DNA of 64,000 bases, from the NCBI GenBank assembly GCA_964188305.1, contig OZ076885.1; one strand, given 5' to 3'. The stretch comes from Podarcis bocagei (taxonomy: Eukaryota). Within the stretch, counting starts at the first letter, position 1. Every line of letters begins with the position of its first letter. The notes below the pieces were generated by a model. It searched no databases. It was not told where the DNA came from and was given only the letters and a program-made list of their open reading frames with translations. A program made the position numbers and the translations under genes. Below, piece by piece: positions 1-18,949 of this stretch.

Positions 1-17
1 TCATATTCTGTTTTCAG

Positions 18-4987
<4,970 letters not shown>

Positions 4988-7649
4988 TGGCCTGCTTCAA
5001 CCCAGCTGTCACCTACTGCGTTTATTTTCTGACTGCACTTTTTTTTTACACAAGGTTGAGAAAAGACAAGGGAGAAGTTGTTTCTCTTGATTCTTTATTT
5101 CATATAGATTGTTAATAATCTCTGCATATTTACACTGCAGATTTCGTTCCCCATTTAGGACTTAAGATCTTTTTGTTTTGGTGATGTACTGATGTGGTTC
5201 GCATAAAGCACTTTAGTACATATTCATTCCTTATTTAAGGGGGGAAAGGCAAGTTTTGGGACTGCCAGGAATTGTGTGTTAAGGTTTTTTTTCCTAGCAC
5301 TACTGATTAACTCAGGATGCAGGAAAAATATACATGTTGTTAGCAGATATAGAAAAGGAAAATGTGTCCAATTGTTCTTTGTAATATGTAGATAGATGCC
5401 CTGGGAGGTTTTGGTTGTGTTTCAGCTTTGACATGAGGCTCATCCACAGTATTGGAAACAGGTTTAAAAGCTGCAAACTCAAACTGCCGACCAAGGTGAT
5501 TCTGGAAAAGAAATCTGACTAGTGCATCGCCTGCAACCAAATGTATATTTATAATTTTAAAAGAATATACAGGAGGGTTCCCTAGCTGAAGTAGTTCAAG
5601 AGTCTTTTGAGTCAAGTAGTTCTGATGTGTGAATGTTCTAGACCAGGAATCGTAGATAAACAGATTACTGTAGATCCATAAACCTTTACAGTTGAAGAAC
5701 AGGCTTCACATAACGTGCCACAAGTTAGTTTGCTTAATCTGCTAAGAACTGCAATGAGTTGTGCTGGACGGGGCCTCTGGTGGCCAGGGTGAAGGCTAGT
5801 TTCTCTCTTGATAATTTTCTGTTCTGCATCCTTCATGCTGTCCCAACTGGTCTGTCTGTTGCATAAAATACTTAATGAGACCCAGTCTTCCTTCCTTCCT
5901 TCCTTTATTATCATGCTTACGATGAAATTTTAAAGTACTTGAATAGGTATCAGTGACAAAATTAAGCCGTTACCATTTATGTTGATGCTAAACAGAAGTC
6001 TTTGTGTTAAGTACATTTGATTTAATAATCAAATAGTATTTGCAGAATTTGCATCATGGTGAGCCTGCAGAATTTGGCTTTCCAGATTTTTTATATGGAG
6101 TGTAGACGATCCCTCCTCTTTTTAAGCAAAAAGAGAAAGCAAGCTGAGTAGAAATAGATATGGAGGTTTCCATGTGCATCGCAACAATATAAGTTCCGGC
6201 ACACTGACCCTGATGGAGGCACAAAGAATGAGGTACCATTTTTACTGTCCTTTTTCTAAAGTGCATTTTATACCTTATCTGACTGTTAGTAATTAAAATA
6301 ATTTCAGATTTGACATTATTATCCCAAATGTGTACATTCATATTTGTACACCTGAATATAGTCTTGAAAAGAAAAGAAACCCCTTTAGAATGCTTTAATA
6401 CTTTCTGTCCCTTCAAGAAATTGGGAAAAGTTCCTGAAAGGAAATAATTCTACTTTCCAGTGCCACAGTGTCTGTTTTCCAGAGGTGATGTTTCTTAATG
6501 CTGCTATTAAACATTTCCTAGGGAAATTCAGTGCAGCCTGTATAAAAGCATCCTTGGCAAACCAAACATACTGCAGGTGTGCAGCTATTACATGGACAGT
6601 GCATAGTCAGTGACACTATCTTCCATTAATAAGCTAAAAAAAATGTCATAAGTCTCAACAGCAATCAGATCTGGAACAATGTAATGCTCTGCATGTGATA
6701 CGTTGCATGCATGTATATAACGCTCCCAATACTTTAGCCACAGGTTAGAAATAAGAGTTGCAAGCCCTAACTCCTGTTTACAGTTGTAAGTGGTTAAAGC
6801 CAACAAGGGAAATTTGCAGTTGGGAGCAGGGGTACAAGAGGCTTAGAGATAATATCTGATCCTTTAGCTATGGTTAAAGGATGCAGAGCAATATGAGAGC
6901 ACTCAAAGTTTGGGAATTGAAAGTTTATTGAACAAAATTTACTCTAGGTCACACTAAGAGACTCTTGCTGTTTTCTATGAAATATAGTACCTAATGTAGA
7001 AACTATCATACTGAGTGGACTTCTAAGAATAATAATTTCTTTAGTTCTTAAAGAAGCAAATCCTTTTAATTGTGAATAAAAAAGAAATGGTCAATTTTTG
7101 CTACCAAAAAAGAAAGAAAGAAGTATAATAGTCTGGTGTGATTCCAGTGATTGACTTTCCTTCTATACCATAGGTATTGATCCCTCTCTGTGGCCTACTA
7201 TCTGTTGTCTTCTCCTACAAACGTGTGCTCATCTTTCTTATACACTCTTTTTCCAGTTCCTCATAGGAAGATCCCTAAGGTTCAGATTTCTAAACTCTCA
7301 TCAAACTGTAACTATGCAAATTGTGTAAAACATGCAAATCAAGTAAACATATACAAATGTGCATTGTTTGGTCCATTAATAGAATGTGGGATGAGGCTAA
7401 GATGGAAGTATTGACTCCCCGGTCTCCAAAGTGTACCAAACTATGTTGAGCATATTTGTTCCTTGCTCTACTCCGTCGTCACTGTTTAGAATTGTTTAAT
7501 ATCTAGCAGACAATCATTGCAGCCTGTAAGTGATCTCTTATAAAGTGTTGCTGCACCAGCTAAAGACTTGTTGAACTGAAAGTCTTCCTCCAGTGCAGTG
7601 ATTTGAGGAGCATGTTTAATGAACCTTCCCCTCTACAGAAAACAGTAAC

Positions 7650-7742
7650 TAGGGTTGCAGTCCTGAGCACACTCACTGGAGAATAAGCACCATTAAACAA
7701 GACAATAGTTACTTTTGAGTAAATACGCATAGGACTGGGCGA
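7650..7742. repeat. Short palindromic MITE-like repeat; copies at ~17690-17770, ~27950-28035, ~62980-63060, ~63100-63180
   Basis: gcagtcct...acttttgagtaaatacgcataggactg pattern recurs. Confidence 0.5.
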
Positions 7743-7798
7743 TTGGATTTGCCCCCTCCCATTTTCATCAAAATCTCACCTGCTTTTTGGCTGAGTGG

Positions 7799-8115
7799 TC
7801 ATAGAATTGTAGAGTTGGAAGGGATTCCAAGGATCATCTTCTATCCCAACCCTCTGCAATGCAGGGATCTCAACTAGATCATACATGACAGGTCGCCATC
7901 CAATCTCAGCTTAAAAACCTCCAAGGAAAGAGAGTCCACCGCCTCTAATGGAAGTCTGTTCCACTGTTGAACAGCTCTTCCTGTCAGAAAGTTTTCCTGA
8001 TGTTTAGTCAGTATCTTGTTTCTTGTAACTTGTAGCCTCTGGAGCAGAGAAAACAAGCTTGCTCCATCTTCATGTGACAGCCCTTTAGATAACTGAAAAT
8101 GGCTCTCGTATCTCC
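7799..8115 (-). mobile_element. CR1 LINE 3' end
   Basis: FLTGRAVQQWNRLPLEAVDSLSLEVFKLRLD; attcta tail. Confidence 0.85.
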
Positions 8116-11100
8116 TCCTAGTTTTTAACAGCTGAAAGAGGTTTCTAGCTTGGATGCCATTCAGTAGTGTACACTTTTTAACATGATTCTTTGAATATCT
8201 GTTTTGAGCTGCAGAATATAAATTTGGTGCTAAAGTCACTGGCTGCCTACCCTTGCTGTTTAGCTGTGTCAAGAACAGTGTCTCTTGGTGCTTTTTATTA
8301 TTGGATTGCTAATCATTTGGGATTTGTCGTATCACCTCTTGCCTTTAGAAGTCTCAGATATGTGTAAGCCATGATTGAGGAGAGGATGGAAGAGTGAACT
8401 TTTTTTTAAAAAGCACCTAGGAAAGTTACCAAGACTTAATCTAAAATGTGAGGATGGAAAAATGTGCTAAAATCTAGAGATGAGGCTTGCTTTTAGGAGT
8501 CTGGATCTGCCTTAACCTGTTTATCTTTAGCTCAGCCACCATAGTTGCTGTTTTAGTGTCTGAGGCAGAGGAGGAGTAGTGATGGTTTCGGTTTTCTTTT
8601 CTTCCCCACTGTTCAGGGTGGGTAGCAGTATAATCTTAGGAGAGATCCTTGTGGAAGGAAATAAAGTCAGCTTTTTTTTGGCTTCTTATTACACACCACT
8701 CACTTGTGGAACCTGAAGGGAGAATGTGAATCTCTGAAACTCTAAATTTTGAGCAGTTAAAAGGGGCCTAAAAATGTTAACATTACTTTATAGTGTACAG
8801 GTATGATAGTACTCATTGATTATGTGAAGGGTAACAATGTTATTAGAGTATTAGTTGTGTAGGTACAACATAGAGCAAGTAGGACAATACCTCTTACTGG
8901 TCATTTAGGGGGAATATGCAAACGTTTAGAGTCGTTTCAGAGCTTCAGGCATTCAGAGTTCAAATAAAATCCAAACAGAATTTGCTTTGTAGTCAGGCTT
9001 TTTGGTTATTTAGCTGGGTGCAGTTCTCTAGGATAAAGCAAGTAGATGCTACTAGCAGGCTACACAGATATGAGTTCTGCTTTTCTAGAGTTCTTTGCAA
9101 CCTAAATCTTACTAGATGGGGGGGGAGCCTTATGGGTTTTGGTTATATTGCTTACTATCTGCATATTTTCCCACACCTTTTTTGTTCCTAAACAGAGCAG
9201 CTTACAGTAACCCAAAATCTGTTTTAAAGCCGCTTTATGATCTGAAGTAGTATGCTGTTTCATCCTCCCATTTCCTTTGTTCTAAAGAACCAGAGCCTTG
9301 ACAGAGGGCTAGAGGGTTCAAATTGCATCTCTGTTTATTTTGGTCTCTGAATACCTGTGCTGAAGCATGCAGTTCAAAAGTTTGCGCTATTTTAACAAGG
9401 TTACTTCTGTTACCAAAAAGTATGAGAATGGACTTCAAAAAGAATGTATGAATTGCAGCATATGAATTTTAAACTCTTCTTGAATTGTTTTAAAAGGAAC
9501 TATTTGAAGCTTGGCAGCATTCAGATTCTATATTAACCCACCAGCTTGCGGTGCACGGCTTGTTTCTCTCAGCTGCAGGTCCATTTTCTTATTGTGGCTA
9601 GACAAGGGTTTGGGGGAACCTAGCAGAATAAGGTGCCTGCTTTCTGTGCCTTTCCTCCCCAGTACTGCATTTTGTCTTGACAATGGCAATGTAAAAGTGC
9701 TGCAGAGAGATAAGTAGCTCTGGAGATTTCAAAAATCTGAACTACTGTCTTTAATACCATTTAGATGACATAAATACTATCACAAACACATGCTTATATA
9801 GGAGTCCCAGTGGTTCTTTAACATTGTTGCTAGTTATTATGAAAAACACTTGTGATTTGCCCCCTAAGCAGCATGGGGAGTGGATCAAAGGTGTCTGATT
9901 CTTAATCCTTAGCAATTTTGTACTTAATGTAGTGCAAGTTTTGGATATAAGCCCTTTGCCTCACATGAATTGGTCACTGAGGTCACTAAACCAAAAAATG
10001 CAGTGAGGAATTTTAGTGAATGGCAGCAGCTCTGATGTTAAGGAGCCCAAAAGTTACCATTTTGTTTACAATTAAGGCTTTGCCAAATGGGACAGCAGAG
10101 TGTTTACATGATTACTTTGTGGGTTGCTGTCTAACTGACAAAACCGCTTAGAGCCTTTTAACAACATCTACAAGAAGTGTACACTTTTATTTAGAAGAAA
10201 AGTACCGATCTCCCAATAAGTTGCATATATCCTCCCCCATGCACTGGGGTGCATAATGAATCCTAGTGACATTGTCAGTTCATTAAATCCCCCCTTTCTA
10301 GGTGTGTATTCTAAAATTCTTGTGTTCCTAGAATTCCAAAGATGCAGGGAGAATGAGGCCATGAAGCCAATAACCTTGCGTACAACTGATATCATGTATA
10401 GGCTATTTGCAGAGAAATTTTAAATCATGAATATTCTTCATGTTTCTTAAGGACAATTATGAGAAATTGGTCTGGGAACAGACTGTGATCAAATGATCAT
10501 TCTAGGGTGAAACTAGAAACAACAAAAAGCTGGTGAAAGGACCGTCAAAGCAAAATAAAGATTCTTCTCTCCAAACATAAGTTGCAGATCTGGCAGCAAC
10601 AATTGTCAGCCATGCTAGTTGGCTTTTGTCACTGTTTTTAGCAGAATTTAGATGGCACACTGATGGCACATTTTAGCCAGTCAGAAATGACGTGATGCAA
10701 TAATGCATTAGTGTCATAACGTCTTGTATTTGGTATATCTTGAAAGTTGTCATCTTTTGGAGAAGAATTGGATGAACAAAACATTGACATGGAATCCAGC
10801 CATTGTCTGTAGATTTTTGATACCTAAAATAAGTTTTTGAAAATCAGGAAACAACCCTAACATGATTTGTTGAAGTTAAAAGTAAAATGAAGTTTCACCA
10901 AAATCATGTACAGTCTATTGGAAGCAATTTGAATCTGCAGCATAAGCTTTACGCTTTAGTCCTTAGATTTCTAAAGCGTTTTATTTTTTGTAGTTTGTTG
11001 CACTCATTTTTCAGATGCACACCCCACGGAGTGAAACTTAACCTATTTAATTATACAAACAACAAAAATCAAGCAGAGTGCCTTTATCTGTATGCCTTAA

Positions 11101-11691
11101 TTTTGTTTGTTTGTATATTAATTACAATAGTGGACAAGTGATGCAGGACCAGCAAGATCAGTCTTTGAAATGTAGAAAATGGCAAATTCCCAGTTGTTAC
11201 AAGTTACTTGTTCGTCTGCAGAAATTTCAGATTTAACTACCTAGTTTCCACCACCCCCGCCAGCCAAGTTCTATACAAATACTCAGAATGCAGCCAATGT
11301 TAAGCTTGTTGAACAAACACTTAACTCTCGCCACTGGAAATCAATAGCACTTAATTTGGTTTGACAGTGTCCTTTATTCTTAAGCTAAGTGGGAAGTAGG
11401 AAGTTCTACCACCACATTGTTCTTGTTTTTTAAAAATAACCCAGGCTTTGACTCTTGCACTCTGTTCCAGAATGCATTTTTAATGCTGCAGCTGCCCTAA
11501 TGTCCAGTAGTTCAGTGAGCTGCTAACAGCTGCCCTATATAGTCTATGATGGTACTTATTCTGAAGGAAGGTGTTAAATAGGACCTCTGGAAGATCACAG
11601 GTTCCCAGCCCTTGGCTTAAAGCATGTGACAGTATTGCTTTTGTATAGACAAATCAGATGCCGTTTCAAAGAACACATTTTCTTTCTATTG

Positions 11692-11693
<2 letters not shown>

Positions 11694-11738
<45 letters not shown>
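11694..11738. repeat. (AT)n microsatellite
   Basis: Direct reading. Confidence 0.95.
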
Positions 11739-11742
<4 letters not shown>

Positions 11743-12786
11743 CAAACCTTGTTCCTGCCATTGTCCAGATTTAATGCTGCATCAATGAGTCAGTTGCACT
11801 AGCAATCCTTTCAATCATCTCTGCAGCAGTGTCTGATGACTGCTGCAGGTATTTAAGAGAGCCTGTCAGCATTCACAATATAGTTCCTTTTTTTCCTTTT
11901 TTTAAAATATGTGATCTTTGGAATATATCACGCCTATGCGGGCTGGGGACAGACTTTATTTGTTTGAATGTAAGTCCTTGTGGTGGTATTGAAGTTAGCA
12001 AAGGTACTACCACCAGCATACCAGTACTTAATTGCTGGTTGGTTCCTTTTATGTATTATTGGCATGTGTGCATTTGCAAATCACTGCAAACCAAAGCTTT
12101 TCTACCCCTGTACACAGCCCAAAGTGATATTTATCTAGCTTAGAGACTGTTAATTGTTGTCCAATTTTTAAGCTTTGCTGGACATAACGACTTCCATGTG
12201 CAACCCAAGAGGCTGTGTGAGCAGAAATATTTTTAAGGGTGCCAATGAAACTGTGTGATGTAAGAGTTATGCTTAGTAGCCTCTGTGGAATTTCAAGGGC
12301 TCACTCCTGGGTTTGCAAGGTACACCAGTCCTTGTGGTGGTGGTGGGGGCAGCAAAATGTGCAGGTCCTGATAACTACCATAACTGCAGGGGCTAATGAG
12401 TGCTTTATTGGGCATTGCCTGACTCGTGTTCAGTGTTGATGTAAAGACAGCCCTGTTGACGTAGCAAGGAGATTCTAGTACAGCAGCAAAATTTGAAAAG
12501 TGATCCATCCCTCAGGGAAAATCTTACAGGTTTTAAATGAAAGGTGGAGGTGTATATAACAACTGATCCAAAATCCGACTTTATGCAGAAGCTAGGAGAA
12601 AGATCATTTGGTATGGAAAATACTCTATTACACACTTACATAAATTCATCTGAAACTTTCAGAAATGAAAGCCATTGGAAGAAATGTTCCTACTTAAAAA
12701 AGAAATGTGTGTTTATGCATAATGTGTTGAAAACTGGAATTGGCTTTTACATTGCAGTGCCACATATTTCATTTCTTCTCAGCATA

Positions 12787-12842
12787 TACTTAATAATGCT
12801 AAATGTGTTAGATTTACTTAATAATGCTAAATGTGTTAGATT
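12787..12842. repeat. Perfect 28-bp tandem duplication
   Basis: TACTTAATAATGCTAAATGTGTTAGATT x2. Confidence 0.95.
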
Positions 12843-15800
12843 CTACTTTGTAGATGGTGGAGGCACCCCATCAACCCATCCCTGGCTTAATCTCTTAATG
12901 GAAAAACATTCTTATGCTATCCATTGAACTGACCAGAATTGGCCTTTAGGCGAAGTATAGAGCAAATACTCATGAAAACTTGGAGGAATCTGTCACAAGA
13001 AAAAGCTACGCCTGAAATGGTGCAGCATTCACAAGGCAGTGACCACACTGACCTTCACACTGTGTCCTGCAGATTGATATGGGAACTTCTAGGAAGAAGC
13101 TTGATAATGTGGACCTGCATCATCTGATAGAATGGTTTGATAAGCCTCAAGCCTGACTAGTCTTTTGTGTGCTGTGCTTTGCAATTGTACAATTAAATTG
13201 TACAATTAAAGCAGAAGAAATGGAATCTAGAATGCGTACAAAAGATGGGCAACATCGGTGGGTATGGTGCATCAGTTATGGTGGGCTGCTTCAGTGCGGA
13301 ATAATATCTGTCAGTCGTGATTATTCATGTGGGCATAACCATTCTATTCTGGAGATTACAATTACAGAAAGAAATGGAAACATTGCGACTACCTCAAATA
13401 CAAACTTTAAATACAGCAACGAGTTCATATTAAAGACTGCCGTGCAAAAAACCCCTCTGTCCACAGAAGTTTGGTCTCTCACTACAATGCTAGAAGAACT
13501 GATTGAACCTTAAGCAGTAAAATTAGGACACAGTTTGGCTTTGATGGAATGAATCTAGGAATTGTTCTTGTGTCCTCATTCTCAAGGATAAAGAAGTTCT
13601 CTGCTTCACAAGAGGCCAGCTTGCTAAATAAAAATAAAAGTGATTGTGAAATCGCAGGCTGAAATTGGAGCTGGACCCAGATTCTTTGTCAAATTGTGCC
13701 CTTGAAATGTCAGCGATTCTTTAACATTGCTCTGCTTCGCAGAACATGTGGATGGCAGCTATGGATGCAAAAACCTCCACAGGGAGCAGCACATTTCCCA
13801 AGACACTACCTCCAGCCATTTTCATGGCAGATTTGTGAGGTCTACACGCTAGATCTGAAAGTAGGGCCTGGAAACTTGAAAAGTTCATTCTTATGATAAG
13901 GCTTTTGATGATATCCTTAAATGCTGCTGGGTGTAAGTACAAGATGGTATCAAGGCTTGCATGTAGTACAGCTTGCCTATGCTATAAATGTGGCTTGGCA
14001 CACATAGCATCATGCAGTGATTGCCAGGGCAACGGATGTGGGATCCAAAGGTGCCTTGCTTAAGCAAATAAATAAATAATACTTCAATCTGCATCAAGCA
14101 GGGGAAGATCATATCCTGAACTATTCCCAATAACCCTGCCCCCCGAAACCAGAGTTGGTGTTTGGGGGGCCGCTGAGCACTGCGGCGCAGAAAAGGGAGC
14201 AGACGATTCTTGCTCTGTGATGGAAAACTACTTGTAGTTCTCTGGATCAAAGCCATGGTTGGCTGATGTGATGAAACTTGACACCAGATCGTGCAGCATA
14301 ATAAAGTATCACCAGTTTGTTAATTTTGTAGAGTGAATTTTATGGAGATTTCATAAATACTTGGAATGAAATATGTATTTCATGTCAAAATTTGCCCTTT
14401 GTTTAAACTATGATACCACATATTAGCACTGGAGTTTTGGATAGATTATATATATATCTTCACCTTTCATTTAAGTACTTCTGTACTCCCCCTCTACCAC
14501 CCCTGGTCTAAACCACCAAAAGTTGTATTTCTGTGGCTTCAAAGTTTGCAGCTGAAGGGAAGGAGGTGAATCTTTAGGTCAGTATAATAGGTCAAAGTAT
14601 TTCTTGTGCCATAGCAAACCAGAACATTGCAGAGTTTACGGGAGAAGTAGTCCATTTTATTCCAAATAATTCAGAACAATACTTCTCCCTTGGCTATCTT
14701 GGTTCGGTGTAAGTCAGACATGCATCCAAGTGAGCAGGACTTAAGATTTCTAAACTGCTGGTTACTGAGAAACTTAGCATCAAAAGCATTTTATTCATTT
14801 ATCTTGCGTATGCCAACTTTTTCTGCATTTCTAAAATAAGAGTACTTGACACAACTAATGCTATTGGAAGTAGTTGGAGTCAGGTGAAAGGGGTCTTGTA
14901 TAGGAAGAAGGGTTATTTTAATATACATATATTTTAATGGATTTGACCTCCTCTCTCCTTAATAAGAAAGGAATAACTACAAAAGGTTACTGAAATTCTC
15001 TCTGGCTATTTGACTGTAATGCGTTCAAACCCTGTTGGTAAAGGATGTCTCCCTCCTGAGACCCCTCCTAGGCTGTCAGACACTGAACAAATTTACAGAC
15101 TAGTTTAATATCAGAGGTTGAACTACTCACAAACTCTGTTTTTAAAAAGGATTGCCCCAGTTTTGAATACCACCACACACCCCCACACACAATGGGCACA
15201 TGATCATGACCTAAAATAAAAGGTTTGTGCTTTCTTTTTGGAACAGGGTATGTAATCTGTCTAAATTTCACGTGGCTTGCTATTTGTTAGTATCACAATT
15301 TTAAAGCTTGATAATGTTTGTCCAAAAGTGGAAACTTTATTAATTGCAACCCAAACGTGCTCAGCTTGCCATCTGTACCTTGCACCATTTTCTTAAGAAA
15401 ATGTCACTGTAAGTTATGGGGAAGAGATGTTGGTTAAAGCAGACTTTTGCTTTTAAAAAAGCTCATAATAATAATGATAATAATGATGATGATGATGATG
15501 TATATCTACCCTTTGGATCTAATGTAGATTTTTTTATGCAGCTGTCAAATTCTCTATTTAATCCCTTGGTTTCTCTGTAAATGTTTTTACTCTCTGTTTG
15601 AATGCTGGGCACAGTTTGTAATGTATGTACACAACGGTGTTTTTTTCTATCAATGTTAACTTTTTTGCACATTTTTTGAAATTGTTTAATTTGTACACTG
15701 TTTTAATACTCTGACCAACTGTTATGGAGTGTATGCGGATTATGTATGTGTGCAATGTACTACTGTTTTGAATGAGGATTTTTAGATTCCGTATAAATGC

Positions 15801-17426
15801 GTGTCCACTTCTGGCTTTACCTTGGTTGAGGAACTCAGGACATTAGCTTTGCTTACTAGTTCCCCCACAATACTCCAAATCCAGCAACTTGGTTGTACCT
15901 GCAGAGCTTTGACACAGATACTGAACTCTGTGTGAATAGGGACTTCCCAGTTCACTCCATGCTATTTGGGGCACCTGCCAGTTGACTAGTCAAATATGGT
16001 CAAGTTGACCACCATCCAACATCATGTAGCTAGTGCATTTCTGATTGCTTGCCCATTTTTTTGCTGGAAGGCTAGCCAGATTCCAAATGCTTTTTCACTG
16101 ATGTGCAGAGTGCACACACCCAGCTTCTCAGAAGCATGGCGTGAACAGGAACAGGGAAGCCACTGCTTAATAGAGCTTCAAATATGTGTCAGATCCTCTG
16201 CGGAGTTTGGATTGTGGTAAGTGTGTCTAAGAACTTTCCAAATATAGGGTACATAAAAATGCCTTCTATGTACTGTCTGTCCTGTTTCCACAGACCTATT
16301 CCAGTTTCATTTCTACATGTTTTTTAAAAAATTGTTTTTTAAAGGTACTGCATTTAGTTAGATGAATATATAAAAGCTTTGAGAGATAATTTACTAGATA
16401 AATATATTTTCAGCTGGCTGATGTTCAGAAAATATTTTATTTTTTGTTTTTAACCATTCAAAATGTATTTGTATTTCCAAAATTAGACATGAATTGTATA
16501 TTAAAACACTCTGGCTGGATAATGGTATGGTTTGTCTTGTAAGGTTTCTCTCTCTTTTTTTTAAGAGCTAAAAATGTTTCTGTGATACAGAGAATAATAG
16601 TACTGTTCTGAAAAGCTGAAGGCAATCTTTCAATTTAGAGCTGCTTGAGAAAATTGAGACACAAAACCAATCTTAGAAAAGTCAGATGTTTTTATTGCCT
16701 GTTCTTTTTTGTTACATTGAATGTAATGTTTCCCTCTTGATCTTAACGCTTTCCTTATTTTCTGGTACTGGGGAAAAATAAAGCATGTTGAAGGTACTAG
16801 CAGAATACCAAGTAATACATAAATTTGCCAGCCTAGTTCATGGCTTGAAAGATTATTTGTATGATTCTTAAGACTTGCCAACAAAAAAATTCTCATGTTG
16901 GGTAAATACCGTAGCACACTGGTGGATATCAAAAACCAACAGTTAGGAAAAGTGGTATTCTCTCTTTCTTTTTTTAAAGAGCCTACTAATAGCCTGATAT
17001 GGTGTGGTATGTTCCATTGTTCATGCACATTTTGACCTTGTCATAGTCTCAAAAGTGTGCTTGTACAAAATGTATAAAAGCATTTTGATTTTTTTAAAAC
17101 AACAACAACTATGTATTTACCTGTCATTTTTTTGCTGGTAAATAGCTTTTATTTTATTTGGGTTTTTTATCGATTATAAAAAGAAGCCATGTTTATATTC
17201 TGTGTTTGACCAAATTACTTCTGTTTTATGAAATTTGTATATTGGTGGTACACATCTTCGTGTAGGATGATTGTGCATGAGGACCTGCAAGAATTAATAC
17301 GATGAAAGATTGGAGGTTGTTTTTTTTCTTCCAAGTTAATTTTGGAAAGGTTATGGTGCAAAGGTTTACTGGATGTAACCTTATGAGCTTATGGAATGAC
17401 TATAGAGAATGGCACTTCTAAGTGTT

Positions 17427-17470
17427 AATAAAACAAATATTTATTTCCACTTTGTTTTTTGTCTTTTCTA
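17427..17470 (+). terminator. Candidate distal poly(A) signal of MAP3K2
   Basis: AATAAA 17427-17432 followed ~20 nt later by tttgttttttgtctttt; several TGTA motifs upstream. Confidence 0.55.
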
Positions 17471-18949
17471 AGTGCATTAATACTTGGTATTTACATAATG
17501 CTTCGGAGTGATACCCAACAAGTCATGCTTGGAGTAGACCCAGTGGAATTAAATGGACAATTCAGTTTCAGTTTATTTCAGATTTCAATTGAGCTATGAC
17601 ATAGCTGGAAATTATCCTTAATGTACTGACAGGGTTTCATATACAGCATTTCAATAATTATTACAACACTGCAGGGTAGGTTGGTGAAATCCAGTGCATG
17701 CTTTACCTAGAAGTAAACCACTCTGTGTCCTCTGGGGCTTACTCCTTAATGTGTTTAGCACTGTAGCTTCATTATTGTATCTACTATGCAGCACTATACA
17801 ACTTGCAGGTAGTGTTGGGTGTTCATATATAATTTCTATATTGCTTTCCCCACCCCAGTGTTCATAGTACTAAAACAGCCACCTAACTGATTATTGATTG
17901 GTAAAATTGGTATACCTCTCAATATAAAAAGAAATCTATACATTTACATGAAATATAATTAAGGGAGTAGGGGGAAGGTGAATATAAAATCATATAAAAA
18001 TACAACACCATCAAATAAATTTTTAGAAGTAAAAACTGAGTACTGTAGAACTATATCATAGGTATAACTTGAGTAGTGCACAAGAAAGAAAAAGTTTAAG
18101 AATTAGAAATGAGCGAAAGCTTGGGTAAGCATGTCTTGGTAACAGTTGTTTAAAGCTGGTTACTGTCTCAACCTTTTGAGCCACCCAGGAGAGGGCATTC
18201 CAAATGGAGGGTGCCACCACCAATAAATCATCCTCCTTGTCTAGGTTTACTTACAAAAACATGAAAAATGTAACGATGCAGAACATCTATTACGCTTTGT
18301 GTACTTCTTACGCAGGGCAAAACATGTTAAACAATCCAAAGCAGACAAATGTTTATACAAATAAAACCAATGTTTTAGACTTATTACCTATAGTCAAATA
18401 GCTCAGGCCAATGGCACCACCATATATTATTAACATGCACAAGCCTATAAATGTGGACACACACTCCAGCCCCCATGCAGCTTACATAGGGTCTGAACAT
18501 GCATCTTCATGCATGTGAGTACATTGCTTTGAAGTCTTGCAGCTAAACTATGTAAGCCGCCTCAACTGAGAAGTGTTAGGTGGAAAAGATGGTACGAAAC
18601 CCAAGTTCCCCAACTTGGATGGATTTAAAGGAGGATTGGACAAACTCGTGGAAGTGAAGGCTTATGTTGAACCTCTGTATGCCAGTTGCTGGGAATCAAG
18701 CGGGGGGAGAGGGCTATTTTACGCAGGTCCCGTTGGCGGACTTCCCAAAGGCATCCAGGCAGCTATTGTGAGCAGGATGCCGCACTAGATCCAGCAGGGC
18801 TCATGCACTCAGTGCCTGCATGCCTGAATTTAACAACTCACATGTGGTGTGTTTTATTGTTTGTTTCTCGAACAACCATTGCCAATCAGCTAATTGTCCC
18901 TGCACTTAGTTCCTTCCTGGCCCCTTTCTTTATGAGAGGCATGCACACA

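Larger units (their letters stand above)
4988..17455 (+). other. MAP3K2: Probable long MAP3K2 3' UTR (extent inferred)
   Basis: AT-rich and relatively TE-poor; miRNA seed matches near the start; UGUA cluster, AATAAA (17427) and a U/GU-rich element at the end; mammalian MAP3K2 has a multi-kb UTR. Confidence 0.55.
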
